Source: Eledone cirrhosa
Taxonomy: Eukaryota
Direction: 5' to 3'
Assembly: GCA_964016885.1 (NCBI GenBank)
Contig: OZ024761.1
Span: 20,460,001 to 20,524,000, forward strand
DNA length: 64,000 bases
In this document: positions 41,567 through 54,580 of the stretch, piece after piece
Layout: every line of letters starts with the position of its first letter
How positions within the stretch are numbered: position 1 is the first letter of the stretch
Made by a program: the position numbers and the translations under genes
Notes under the pieces: model-generated
The model's database searches: none
What the model saw: only the letters and a program-made list of their open reading frames with translations
Told to the model about the DNA's origin: nothing

Positions 41567-43660
41567 ACAGAGAGTGACCTGGTGGTGGAACAGCACAGTA
41601 GATAAGGCCATTAGAGACAAAAGACTAGCATGGAAGGCTTGGTAAAAGGGTGGGAGTAGGGAAGGATATACAGCCGCTAAGAGAGAAGCTAGACGTCAGG
41701 TGTACTTAGCACGCAGGGAGGCTGAAAGTAGGAGGTTTGCCAATGTTCTGCGACGGGAAGATCAGAGGCGTGCGGTGTTCCACATTGCAAGGCAGTGTGT
41801 CAATGCAAAGCAGGATGTTGTTGGAGATAAATGTGTCCGGAGTGATGTTGGTGTACTTAGTGTCACGAATGATCAGAAAAAGGAGGCCTGGAAATGTCAT
41901 TATGAGAGACTGATGAATGGGAGAGAGAGAAATTACCCTCAGTAGATCCAATAGAGGGACCAGCTATTGAGATTGGTGAATATAGGGTCCAAGAGCCAAT
42001 TAAGGAAATAAAAAATGGTAAGGCTGCTGGACCATCGGGAATAGTTGCTGAAGGCATCAGGGGACGTAGGCACTAAACTGGTTGCACGCATCATCAATCA
42101 GGCTATATATGGTAGTGTAATACCCAAAGACTGGTGCAACAGTATTCTCATAAATTGCTACAAAGGTAAAGGGGATGCTCTGGAGAGGAGCAATTATAGG
42201 GGTATAAAACTGATGGATCAGGTTATGAAAGTGGCAGAAAGGATATTAGCACAACTAATTAGAGAAAGGGTCAAACTAGATGAGATGCAGTTTGGTTTTG
42301 TGCCTTGGAAGAGTACAACAGATCCCCTCTTCTTCGTGAGACAATTACAAGAGAGCTTCTTAGAGAAAAATAAGCCACTATACTTAGCCTTTGTTGACCT
42401 AGAGAAGGCCTTTGATAGCGTACCCCGATCTGTCATCGGGTGGTCCCTAAGGAAACTAGGTGTTGAGGAATGGCTGGTGAGGACAGTGCAAACTTTGTAC
42501 AGAGGTACTGTCAGTAAAGTCAGAGTAGGAATGGAGTTTAGTGAGGAATTCCAGGTACAAGTAAGAGTACATCAAGGTTCGGTCCTCAGCCCGCTCTTGT
42601 TCATTATAGTCCTCCAAGCCATAACAGAGGAGTTTAAGACTGGCTGTCCCTGGGAACTTCTCTATGCTGACGATCTGGTTCTTATAGCAGAATCAGTAGA
42701 GGAGCTAGAGAATAAATTCTGGCTATGGAAACAGCAGTTGGAAGCAAGAGGACTGAGAGTGAACCTAGCTAAGACAAAAGTATTGATGAGTAGAAAAGAG
42801 GACAAAACTCTGATTCCGTCAGGGAAATGGCCATGTTCGATGTGCAGAAAAGGAACTGGCATAAATTCCATAAAATGCACACAATGCAGATCCTGGGTAC
42901 ACAAGAGATGTAGCGGGATAGCAGGCAAACTAACAGGTAGGGAGAAATACGTATGCAGTACATGTACAGGGAAATTAGACAGTAGAAGTCGCATTGATAG
43001 ACACATTTTTCAAATGCAGGAGGGCGCTATAGAAGTGGTGGATAGCTTCCAGTACCTCGGAGATCAGATTAGCATGGGAGGGGGTGTTCCGAGGCCATAG
43101 TATCTAGAATAAGGACGGGTTGGAAGAAGTTTAGGGAGCTGCTTCCTCTGCTGACGAAGAACGGTTTCTCCCTGCATACGAAAGGCCGGTTATATGATGC
43201 CTGTGTGAGGAGCGAGATGCTGCATGGTAGTGAGACATGGGCAGCAACTGCAAAGGATATGCGACGGCTGGAGAGAAATGAGACAAGCATGCTCCGTTGG
43301 ATGTTCAATGTCAATGTGCGTGAATGACCCAGCATGAATGTGTTGAGAGAGAAACTGTGTCTGAGAGGGATAGAATGTAGTGTGAGAGAGGAGACTCAGG
43401 TGGTATGGACATGTGATGCGCATGGAGGATGACCGATGGGTGAAGAAGTGCCAGGAAATGCCAGTTGAAGGAAGACATGGTAGAGGAAGACCACGAAAAA
43501 CATGGGCGGAGGTGGTGAGAGCAGACCTCAGATTGCTGAAGCTCACGGTGGAGATGACGAAGGACTGTGACAAGTGGAGAGATGTTGTGCTGAATAAGAC
43601 CCGTCCCACCCTTGCGAGCAGGGAAAAGCGGACGTAAAATGAGGATGATGATGATGATTA
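41567..43660 (+). mobile_element. 5'-truncated RTE-clade LINE with reverse transcriptase, disrupted by frameshifts and stops
   Basis: KGKGD..E.SNYRGIKL, QFGF, AFVDLEKAFD.VPR, VHQGSVLSPLLF, LLYADD, GLRVN..KTK, FQYLG, R.GRGRPRKTW; (GAT)n 3' tail. Confidence 0.95.
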
Positions 43661-43859
43661 TATATAAGGAATATATAGCAATTGCGTCTATATTTATTTA
43701 CAAACACACGCATACCTATATATACATACACACACACTACGCATATATATATATATACATACACACACCATCCATATATATATATATACATACACACCAC
43801 CCATATATATATATACACACATATACACCCATATATATATATATAGATACACACCACCC

Positions 43860-43891
<32 letters not shown>

Positions 43892-43966
43892 ACCACCAAT
43901 ATATATATATATATACACACATATACACCACCAATATATATATATATACACATATACACCACCCAT

Positions 43967-43997
<31 letters not shown>

Positions 43998-44639
43998 CAC
44001 CCATATATATATATATATATATACACACACATATACACCTATATATATATATATATATATATACATATATATGGTGGCTGCCAACTCGTTTTCGAGTACG
44101 GCCACTACTTTATATCCATGTAGGAGAACTCCTACCGATGCGCTGAACGAGTGTGACTTTTTAGTCCAGCCAGCGACTTGAAAACTCTGGTACAAACACT
44201 ACACTGGTGACAATTATTGACACACAGTGCTGGGCCCATGGTACCATGTGACGACAAGTGCAGAGAGATCTCCAGATATAAAGCAATGCCTGTGCCGTGA
44301 AGCTTTTATAGTGAGTAAAGGCACTGCACAAAGCCAGTCCCACTCTCTTAACCAAGATGATATTTACCAAAAAGAAGAACAAGTCAACATCATTGGATAC
44401 CATCAGAGCTGCAGGTGTTATATCAGAGTTTTCCTTCTCCTAGAATTCTGCCTTGACAAAGGCTAAGGGGTCATCTCTCCCAGTGATTTTGGATGGCCAT
44501 TGACTCATATACACCCATATATACACACACACGTCACAAGTGTATCAGTGTTGACACTGTACATCACGTGTGTTTATAGATTGTCAAGTCAGAAACTGTC
44601 GTGAGGTTTGCCTTCCAAAGGGCATCTATTATTATTGAC

Positions 44640-45325
44640 AGTAAACGGTAGAGCGTCGGACGCCATGCTTTACAGCATAGAGTTATGGCCCTTTACGGTC
44701 TGAATTCAAATCCCACTGCGGCTAACTTTGCCTTTCATCCTTACGGGGTCAATAAAATAAAGTACCAGTAATGCACTGGGCTCGATATAATCGACTTTCC
44801 CCTCCCCCAAAATTGATGGCCTTGTGCCAATATAAGAAACCATTATTAGAGAGAGAAGGGCGGTGGATTGGCAGCAGAATTGGTAGAGCATCGGACATCT
44901 TTTGTAGCATAGAGTTACGTCCCTTGCCATTCTGAGTTCAAATCCCGCCGAGGTTAACTTTGCCTTTCATCCTTACGGGGTCGATAAAATAAAGTACCAG
45001 TAATGCACTGAGTTATTGCTGGCCTTGTGCCTAAAGTAGAAACGTTGTTGTTGTTGTTTTATTTGTCACAAGGGTATTAAACAAGGGTACATAAAGTGTC
45101 TTATGGCTGGTGAATTGGCAGAATCGGTAGAGTGTCGAACAGCCTGCTTCACGGCATAGAGTTATTGCTCTTTATGTTTTGAGTTCAAATCCTGCCGAGG
45201 TTAGCTTTGTCTTTCATCCTTACGGGGTCAATAAAATAAAGTACCAGTAATACACTGGTGTCGATTTAATTGACTTTCTCCCCTCCCCTCAAATTGTTGG
45301 CCTTGTGCCTCAATCAGAAACCGGA
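44640..45325 (+). mobile_element. Three head-to-tail SINE family 1 copies
   Basis: Same head, core and tail repeated three times. Confidence 0.85.
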
Positions 45326-46262
45326 AGGGACAGGTGTCACTGGGCCCAGGTGGGGGGAGGGGTTCTGTAGGTCTGAGGGAGATAGTGCCTACGTTCCACA
45401 TTGTTGTGACTCTACCACAGCTCTGTTGTTCAGTGGTTCGACTGAGGGAAGATAACTGCATCTTCACTTGAGCCTCTTTGTCGTTGGTTCAATACTACTA
45501 CTACTATTACTACTACCACTATTACTACTACTACCACTACTGCTACTATTACTACTGCTATTACTACCACTGCTACTACTACTATTACTACTATTACTAC
45601 TACCACTATTACTACTACTACCACTATTACTACTACTACTACTAGTACCACTACTACTACTATTACTACTGCTACTACTACCACTGCTACTACTACTACT
45701 ATTACCACTATTACTACTACCACTACTACCTCTACTACTACTACCACTGCTACTACTACTACGACTATTACTACTACCACTATTACTACTACCATTACTA
45801 CTACTACTACCACTGCTACTACTACCACCACTACTACTACCACTAGCACCACCATCACTACTACTACTATCACTACTACTGCTACCACCACCACTACTAC
45901 TACTACTATTGCTACTACCACCACTACTACTACTATTGCTGCTACTACTACTACTATTACTAACAACAACAACAACGATAATAATAATGATAAATTAAAA
46001 AAATTAATGAATTACTTTGTTACCAGATGTTTTGGCCCAAAGGTCATTTCTGTTGTCCACTGTTTTACACTTTAAAACAAAACACATTATATATCATATC
46101 ACACATGCCAACTGGTGCCATCTGCTTTCCATCTGCTAAAAATATTCTTAAACATATTTTTCTGCTGTGTTGTAACATCCAAAGTCCAAGATGTGATTTA
46201 TTACCTTTTCCTTCTCATCTTTCTCGTAGTTGATAAAATCGATGCTGAGTTTGATAGTTTAA

Positions 46263-46645
46263 CCCTTTAGCATTTACCTTACTCTATGTATACTATTGTA
46301 TTTTCACAGTGAAGGCTTTACCTCACATAATATCTCACATAACATTTACATTACTCTATATATACTATTGTATTTTCACAGTAAAGGCTTTACCTCACAT
46401 AATACCTCACATAACATTTACATTACTCTATATATACGATGTTGTTTTGTTAGAAGCCATCATTATTGTGAAAGGTAAGAGCAGTAAATGTTTCCATTGG
46501 TCTTTCCAATTGCTGATACTAACCACCAGTCATAACTCCTGGCAGAGTTATATTACTAAATCAATTCAAATTGTTGATTATTTACAAACCTAATTAAAAA
46601 ACCATAAAAGCAGTGTCTTTCATTATAAACATGACAATGAAAGGG
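46263..46645. mobile_element. piggyBac-like TTAA MITE
   Basis: TTAA-ccctttagcatt ... aatgaaaggg-TTAA, containing ~2.5 copies of the 69-bp unit. Confidence 0.6.
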
Positions 46646-46719
46646 TTAATATATAATCAATATATCTACTGCCATATTCAGTTCCCCTGTGTTGACAGCT
46701 TATGTCCTGTATTATTACG

Positions 46720-47100
46720 TAAAGACAGGATGTTTATGAGAGGGGGACATATTCTGGTCAACACCTAGTTACTGCTGTAAAAATAAGGATGATTATGACC
46801 GAGGGACGTATTCTAGCTAGCACCTAGTTACTTCATAGTGGAGTTCAAGATGTTTATATCTGAGGGACGTATTGTAGTTAACACCTAGTTACTGCTGTAA
46901 ACACAAGGATGTTTATGTCTGAGAGACATATTCTGGCCAACACCTAGTAACTTTATAACAGGGTTTAGGAAGTTTATGTCCGAGGGTCTTATCCTAGGTA
47001 GCACCTAGTTACTCCATAACGGTGTTCAGGATGTTTATGGCAGGGGAACATGCTCTAGTTAACACCTAACGCTGTTCAGGATGTTTATAACCTAGTTAAC
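46720..47100. repeat. ~60-bp diverged tandem repeat
   Basis: caggatgtttatg...gagggac.tattct...acacctagttact units. Confidence 0.7.
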
Positions 47101-47580
47101 GCATAACGTGGTTTATGAACGTGTGTATGTATCTATATGTATGAATGTATGCGTGTGCATATGTACGAATGTGTCTGTATATATTTATGAACGCGCGCGT
47201 GTGTATGTATATGTGTGTTTGTATATGTATAAATGTGTGTGTATTATTATCACAAATCTAAAATACGATTTTAAAAATGTTGACCTCAATATAACAGCTT
47301 TCTGGTCTGTTAACCTCATCTTTGGAGATGAAACATTTATTTTTATTATTATTTTTGTTATTTAATATTTACATAATAAACATGTAGTGTAATCGGAGTG
47401 GGGTGGTGTGTAGTGTGGGGTGAGGATCTGTAATCTTATGAAAAACAACTCAACTCAGACAATCAGACGTTTAAAGTTGACCTTGTTTCGTTTCAGATCA
47501 CGAAAGTAAGGGAGATAAATGTGTAATAGATAGTTTGAAACGTAACATTGACCCAATCAACACAGCCTTGTGTAATAGTC

Positions 47581-47806
47581 TACCATAAGTACTTGAGTAT
47601 AAGTGGCTTTGAATATAAGGTGAACCCCCAATATTTTATGTCAGAGAAATGGGCAAAAAATCCAAACTTTATTTTTGTAAAATTTGAAGTTTGTGAAAAA
47701 TCATCAAAATATTGATTCCAAATATTAGTTAACCCTATTTCTACGATTGATTGATTTTTTTTCTTTTGATTACATATTCCTCGGCTTATATTTGAGTATA
47801 AACAGT
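47581..47806. mobile_element. Probable Tc2/pogo-like MITE
   Basis: Imperfect ends taccataagtacttgagtataag / cggcttatatttgagtataaacagt; related fragment at ~49440-49500. Confidence 0.45.
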
Positions 47807-48066
47807 GTGTGTGTGTATATAGGAGTCGATCGACTTTCGTCTAATCAGACCGAGGGATCAATGTTTCCCTTGGTCTTACCAATTTCTAATACTATCTATT
47901 GGTCGCAACTCCAGGTAGAAGGAACATGAAATAAAGTGTCTTGCTCAAGGACACAACACATCGCCTGGTCCAGAAATCAAACTCATAACCTCACAATTGC
48001 GAATCCAGTTCTCTAACCACTCAGCCACATGCTATATATATATATAAGAAATTTAATATAGAAATG

Positions 48067-48117
48067 GCTTCTACAAGACTAGAATTGTTTCATTCAAAGG
48101 AAATCATCAGGAAAGCC
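48067..48117 (-). ncRNA. Type I hammerhead ribozyme (family B)
   Basis: Minus strand: ggctttc-CTGATGA-tttc cttt gaat-GAAAcaa ttctagtc ttGTA^-gaagcc. Confidence 0.7.
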
Positions 48118-48424
48118 ATTTTTATATTAAATTTGTTGTTTGCAATCTACTAATGTATTGAGTACCTTACTGTGGTTACCCTCCATTGAACCTGGGACTC
48201 ACACACACACACATATATATATATAGTATATGTTGGGTTGTATTGGAGTTTACCAATATATGTCCTGGTAAAGATTATAGAAGCTCTATGATACTCAGTA
48301 TCCATGGTCCAGCAGTAACCGACAAAGGCTGAGGGAGATTTTAGCTGCAGTAGATTCTGCTATAGACTGTTATGGCCCGGACTACAGAGCTCAAGATTAA
48401 ATAAATTGAAAATATATATATATA

Positions 48425-48604
48425 TATCATCATCATCATCATTTTATGTCCGCTCTTCCCTGCTCGCAAAGGTGAGACGGGTCTTATTCAGCACAGCATC
48501 TCTCCACTTGTCACGGTCCTTCGTCATCTCCACCGTGAGCTTCAGCGATTTGAGATCTGCTCACACCACCTCCGCCCATGTTTTTCGTGGTCTACCTCTA
48601 CCAC

Positions 48605-48605
<1 letters not shown>
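48425..48605 (-). mobile_element. 3' end of the same RTE LINE family
   Basis: Near-identical reverse complement of ~43480-43660, inserted in (TA)n. Confidence 0.85.
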
Positions 48606-48645
<40 letters not shown>

Positions 48646-49092
48646 AAAAAGTATGACCCCGACGGCAGAGCTCAAGCCATTTCGACGGCTATTTCTGGTG
48701 CGTTATGGTCCATCTGGTTCCTTACCACAATTCCTTCGTTATATATATATATAGTTGTATGGTTGCATGAAAAATGCGTCTGTAGGCGGTATGCCGGTTG
48801 AGCAGTCGATGCTCGCGCAGAGCAGAGTATAATATAAGGATAAGGAAAACAAGGATTCAGTGCTGCATCATAACATTTAATAACATATTACATATGTTTC
48901 ACTATTGATCAGCTCGAGGCAAGGTTTGAACACAGAATCGGAGACAAACTCATATACTAAACATCTGACGACCTTTCAATTACAGTCAGGTTTGATCTAT
49001 AATAGATCTTGCCTCGAGCTGATCGATAGAGAAACATAGGTAATATGTTATTAAATATGTTATCATGCAACACTGAATCCTTGTTCCTTATC

Positions 49093-49135
<43 letters not shown>

Positions 49136-49752
49136 CTCCCTCTGCTAAGTGGTCGTGGGGGTGCCACAGCAAAAAAGCACCCAGCCCACACTGTAAAGTG
49201 GACGTGGAGGCGCCACGGAAATAAAGCACCCAGCACTCACTGTAAATGAGGTTGGTGTTAGGAAAGGCATTCAGCTGTAAAAATCAAGCCAGAATCATTT
49301 CCCGTATGAACAAGACAAGGTCAGCCGACTGGACACTGCCCACAACAGGACAACCGGTCTAACCCATGCTAGCATGGAAGAACGGATGTAAAACGGTGAT
49401 GATGATATATATATAATGCTTTATATACACTATATATCCTCCAATATAAGTTGACCCCGCTATTTTATGTCTGAGAAATGGACCAATACTGAAGTTGGTG
49501 CATTCCTGCATTACTGCACCAATTTCTGTTCTACAAATGAAATAATTCCTTCAGCAATAATATCCTAAATTCTATGAAGGATGATTCTAAATAGCTGGGT
49601 TCATATGAAATGACCTCACAAACACCATTTTCCTATACAGAGTGCAACGGAATGGACAGTTTTCAATAAATTAGATGAGATTTGGACATTTGATTCCAAT
49701 CAATCCTTTAAAATCAATATATTTTCAGCTTCTATTGAACCCACCTGTGAGA

Positions 49753-50085
49753 AACCTCACCACCTCCTATAAGACCTCACCACCTCCTATAAGACCTCAC
49801 CACCTCCTATAAGACCTCACCACCTCCTATAAGACCTCACCACCTCCTATAAGACCTCACCTCCTCCTATAAGACCTCACCACCTCCTATAAGACCTCAC
49901 CACCTCCTATAAGACCTCACCTCCTCCTATAAGACCTCACCACCTCCTATAAGACCTTACCACCTCCTATAAGACCTTACCACCTCCTATAAGACCTCAC
50001 CTCCTCCTATAAGACCTCACCTCCTCCTATAAGACCTCACCACCTCCTATAAGACCTCACCTCCTCCTATAAGACCTCACCACCA
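49753..50085. repeat. 20-bp minisatellite
   Basis: aagacctcaccacctcctat, about 16 copies. Confidence 0.95.
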
Positions 50086-50305
50086 CTACTGTTGGGGTGG
50101 TGGTGGTGGTGGTCTGTTCCTACCTCTGGACACACACTCTCTCTCTGTCTCCCTCTATATCTCTACCTACCCCCTCTCCACCCATCCCTTTATATCTCCC
50201 CCCTCTTTCCATCAATCTCTACCTCCCCCTTTCTCTCTACCTGGCCCTCTCAATCTCTCCCTCTTTACCTCCTCCTCTTTCCATCTTCTATCTTACTATA
50301 ACTCC

Positions 50306-50361
<56 letters not shown>

Positions 50362-50787
50362 CCTGGTATGTCATCAAGGCGTCCCTAAGACACCATCAGG
50401 AGTTACTGGCCCTTGGAGTTCAGTGAGATAAAAAAAAGATGAGTTACACGTCCATACATCATACACAGTCTATAATTTGATTTTTATTTCAAGTAAATTT
50501 TCAACATAGATCGTCTGCTTGCATACAAACTGGGAGGTCATGACAGGACTGTCTACGACTCCAGCAGGAGTTATTGGCCCTTGGAATTTAGTGAGATGCA
50601 ATAGACATTAGCATTGTGTTGCGTTGGGAAGTTTATTGATGCTGGGAGTTATCAGTCAGAATTGATTACCAGTTTCTGTGCTGGCAGATGATGTATGATG
50701 TGTCTGAAAGTGTTGCTGAGTTTGTGATCAATGGATGGCTACCTGATGGCTAGCCACACGCATCAACGCATGTACATACACACACAA

Positions 50788-50822
<35 letters not shown>

Positions 50823-50932
50823 AAGTGCAAACACGCATACATACACATATATATATACAAGTACAAACACATACAACACATACAAACATTTATATATATA
50901 TATATAGGTACAAACATAGATTCATGCAGGCG

Positions 50933-50976
<44 letters not shown>

Positions 50977-51019
50977 GGTACAGACACATATAGGGGAACA
51001 CACACACACACACACACAT

Positions 51020-51415
51020 GCAGGCATACATCATCAGATCAGACCAAGGAAACAATGTCTCCATTGGTCTTTCCATTACTGATACTGTCTGACAGTCACA
51101 ACACCTGACATTGTTTCCTTGGTCTGATCTGATGATCAGCTCCTTTCTTCTGCCAGGTGTTGTGACTGCCAGACAGTATCAGTAATGGAAAAACCAATGG
51201 AAACATTGTTGCCTTGGTCTGATCTGATGATCAGCTCCTTTCTTCTGCCAGGTGTTGTGACTGCCAGACAGTATCAGTAATGGAAAGACCAATGGAAACA
51301 TTGTTGCCTTGGTCTGATCTGATGATCAGCTCCTTTCTTCTGCCAGGTGTTGTGACTGCCAGACAGTATCAGTAATGGAAAGACCAATTGAAACATTATT
51401 TCCTTGGTCTGATCT
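51020..51415. repeat. ~100-bp tandem repeat with an inverted first copy
   Basis: catcagatcagaccaaggaaacaatg is inverted relative to cattgtttccttggtctgatctgatg, which recurs 3-4 times. Confidence 0.8.
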
Positions 51416-51800
51416 TTTTTAGTCCATGGGGGACATTATAGATAATTCAATGTCTAATCATTGTGAGGAGTGAATGGCTATTCTTTTTAGCTATATAGGG
51501 GACCATATACATACAGGCTCTTCTAGCCTTCTACATCTGTACCAATGGCTGTTATTTTCAGCAATTCAAGTGACCTATTACATACAAGCCCTCCTAACCT
51601 TTCCATCTGTACCAAAGGGTGTTATTTCTACCAGTTTAAATGACCATACCCATACAGGCCCTCCTAGTTTGCCCTCTTCGCCTGTATTTAAATATTTCTT
51701 AAAGATGTCCAACACCATTTTAAAACAAAATTGTTATATCTGCCAGCAATATATATATATATTGCTATGGCAACAGAGATCAATATTACTGTATATATAT

Positions 51801-51841
<41 letters not shown>

Positions 51842-51957
51842 ACCCATGCTAGCATGGAAAAATGGACGTTAAACGGTGGTGATGATGGTGGTGGTGTGTT
51901 ATTGTCCTATTGATCAAACTTTCTGTTCTATTGAAAATCTCATCTGTTTATCTGCCA

Positions 51958-52005
<48 letters not shown>

Positions 52006-52669
52006 TGTCTGACTTCCTGTTCTCTCTCTCTCTCTCTCTCTCTCACTCTCTACTGTCTGACTTCCTGTTCTCTCTCTCTCTCTCTCTTCTTTCCGTCTGA
52101 CTTCCTGTTGTCTTTCTCTCACACTCTCTCTCTCACTCTTTAGCTTTCTCACTAACTCCCTGCTTTCTGTCTCTCTTTCCTCCTCTCTCTCTCTCTTTTG
52201 ACTTCTTGTTCTCTTTTTTCCCCTCTCTCTGCCTTCCTACTCTCTCTCTCTCTCTCTCTACCTTCCTACTCTCTCTACCTTCCTACTCTCTCTGCCTTCC
52301 TACTCTCTCTGCCTTCCTACTCTCTCTGCCTTCCTACTCTCTCTGCCTTCCTACTCTCTCTCTACATTCCTACTCTCTCTCTCTACCTTCCTACTCTCTC
52401 TCTACATTCCTACTCTCTCTCTCTACCTTCCTACTCTCTCTCTCTACCTTCCTACTCTCTCTCTCTCTCTCTACCTTCCTACTCTCTCTCTCTCTCTCTA
52501 CCTTCCTACTCTCTCTCTCTCTCTCTACCTTCCTACTCTCTCTCTCTGAGATAATAGAATGAAAAATGATAATTAATCCAATCCAGCCCCTCCCTGATCC
52601 TGCTTCACCAGTTCAGTGTGTCTCCATGTGGCAGAGAAACCCACACCTGACAAACATCCCACATGTGTC

Positions 52670-52915
52670 ACATGTGGTTCTCAATGTAGAGGATATGCGA
52701 AGGTTGCAAAGTACTGAGACTAACATGCTTTGCTGGAAAGATATTGATTTTAAATCTGGTTTTAACAGGAATTAGATGTCATGTGGAAGAGAGAGGACTG
52801 TGCTGGTACAGACATGTGATGTGTATATGTTTATAGATGATGATTGCTGGAGAGAAGTGTCGGGAGTTTTAAGTGGAAGGAGGTTGAAAAAGAGTAAAAC
52901 CAGCGCTATCTTTTC
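52670..52915 (+). mobile_element. Old RTE LINE 3' fragment
   Basis: EDMRRLQSTETNMLCW...WYRHVM resembles KDMRRLERNETSMLRW...WYGHVM at 43250-43420. Confidence 0.55.
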
Positions 52916-53330
52916 ACAGACTGGACTGGGGGCTTTTTGTTGTGGCACCAGTACTACCACTTTACAAAGTGGACAGGGGGCTTTTTGTTGTGGCACCAGT
53001 ACTACCACTTTACAAGGTGGACAGGGGGCTTTTTGTTGTGGCACCAGTACTACCACTTTACAAGGTGGACAGGGGGCTTTTTGTTGTGGCACCAGTACTA
53101 CCACTTTACAAGGTGGACGGGGGGCTTTTTGTTGTGGCACCAGTACTACCACTTTACAAGGTGGATGGGAGGCTTTTTGTTGTGGCACCAGTACTACCAC
53201 TTCACAAGGTGGACTGGGGGCTTTTTGTTGTGGCACCAGTACTATCACTTTGTAAGGTGGACTGGGGGCTTTTTGTTGTGGCACCAGTACTACCACTTTA
53301 CAAGGTGGACTGGGTGCTTTTTATAATGAC
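52915..53330 (-). repeat. SINE-2-derived 42-bp minisatellite
   Basis: ggctttttgttgtggcaccagtactaccactttacaaggtggac, about 9 copies. Confidence 0.9.
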
Positions 53331-54217
53331 ACCAGCTTCACCATCTTACAGGGTGTCCAGGGCAGTATCTATGTTACTGGGTTGTGAGAGTTTTCTAGGG
53401 AGCTACAGGAGTCACCTATTGCTCTATCTCCCCTAGTAGTTTACCACTGTTGGTCTGGGGCTGCTTATCCGTCCAGCAGTTGCCCGCTTATATCACAACT
53501 AACTATCATATCTGGTGGCCGTATCACTATCCGCCACCTGTGACCCCTTCTCGGTAGAGAAGGGCTATTTTCTCTTTTTTTATTTTTATTTTTATTTTTA
53601 TTTTTTTTATTTTTTCGGTTTTGCAGCTGTGATCATGTGACCGAAGCTGTCTCATACTCTTTGGTTCTCTGAAGACCTCTTCATTCCATACTGAACTACT
53701 ACAACTACTACTACTACTGATAGATGTAAGAACATTAAACAGTCTTAATCTACTGAACATTCTTGCCCTCTGTTGTGACTAAACAGAATAGACACTTGGT
53801 AAGAACTCGTCTTTTTCTCTGTCTTCCAATCAACACAATAAAATCTTATGTTCTCCTGTTTGTTTATGTCCTGCAAGTTAGCAGTATGACAAAAGGAAAT
53901 TGATAAAATACATACCAAGGCTTGCAAAAAAATATATATATTTAAAAAATATTTTTTTAAATGGCTAGATGTCCTCTGTCAATGCCCCAGCATGGCCACA
54001 GTCTAATGATTGAAGCCAATAAGAGAAATAAAATAAGGTGGTGCTCCAGTATGGCCACAGTCTAATGACGTAAAAGAAACTAAACTTGATATTTGGGTTC
54101 CTGATCTTCTCTTGACAATAAGAAAATTTATACATATATATATGTGTATGTGTGTGTGTGTGTGTCCATATACACACTCACACATGTACACACATAGTCT
54201 CATCTGCTTCTGATCTT

Positions 54218-54580
54218 TCTCACAGCCCTACATGGGGATTGAGTCATCCTTGGGCCAACAACATAGTTTCGCCTTCTTCTGGTTCTCCTCACAGCCCTAC
54301 ATGGGGATTGAGTCATCCTTGGGCCAACAACGTAGTCTCGCCTTCTTCTGGTCCTCCTCACAGCCCTACATGGGGATTGAGTCATCCTTGGGCCAACAAC
54401 GTAGTTTCACCTGCTTCTGGTTCTCCTCACAGCCCTACATGGGGATTGAGTCATCCTTGGGCCAACAACGTAGTCTCGCCTTCTTCTGGTCCTCCTCACA
54501 GCCCTACATGGGGATTGAGTCATCCTTGGGCCAACAACGTAGTCTCGCCTGCTTCTGGTCCTCCTCACAGCCCTACATCA
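54218..54580. repeat. ~69-bp GC-rich minisatellite, ~5 copies
   Basis: ctcacagccctacatggggattgagtcatccttgggccaacaacgtagtctcgccttcttctggtcctc. Confidence 0.9.
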
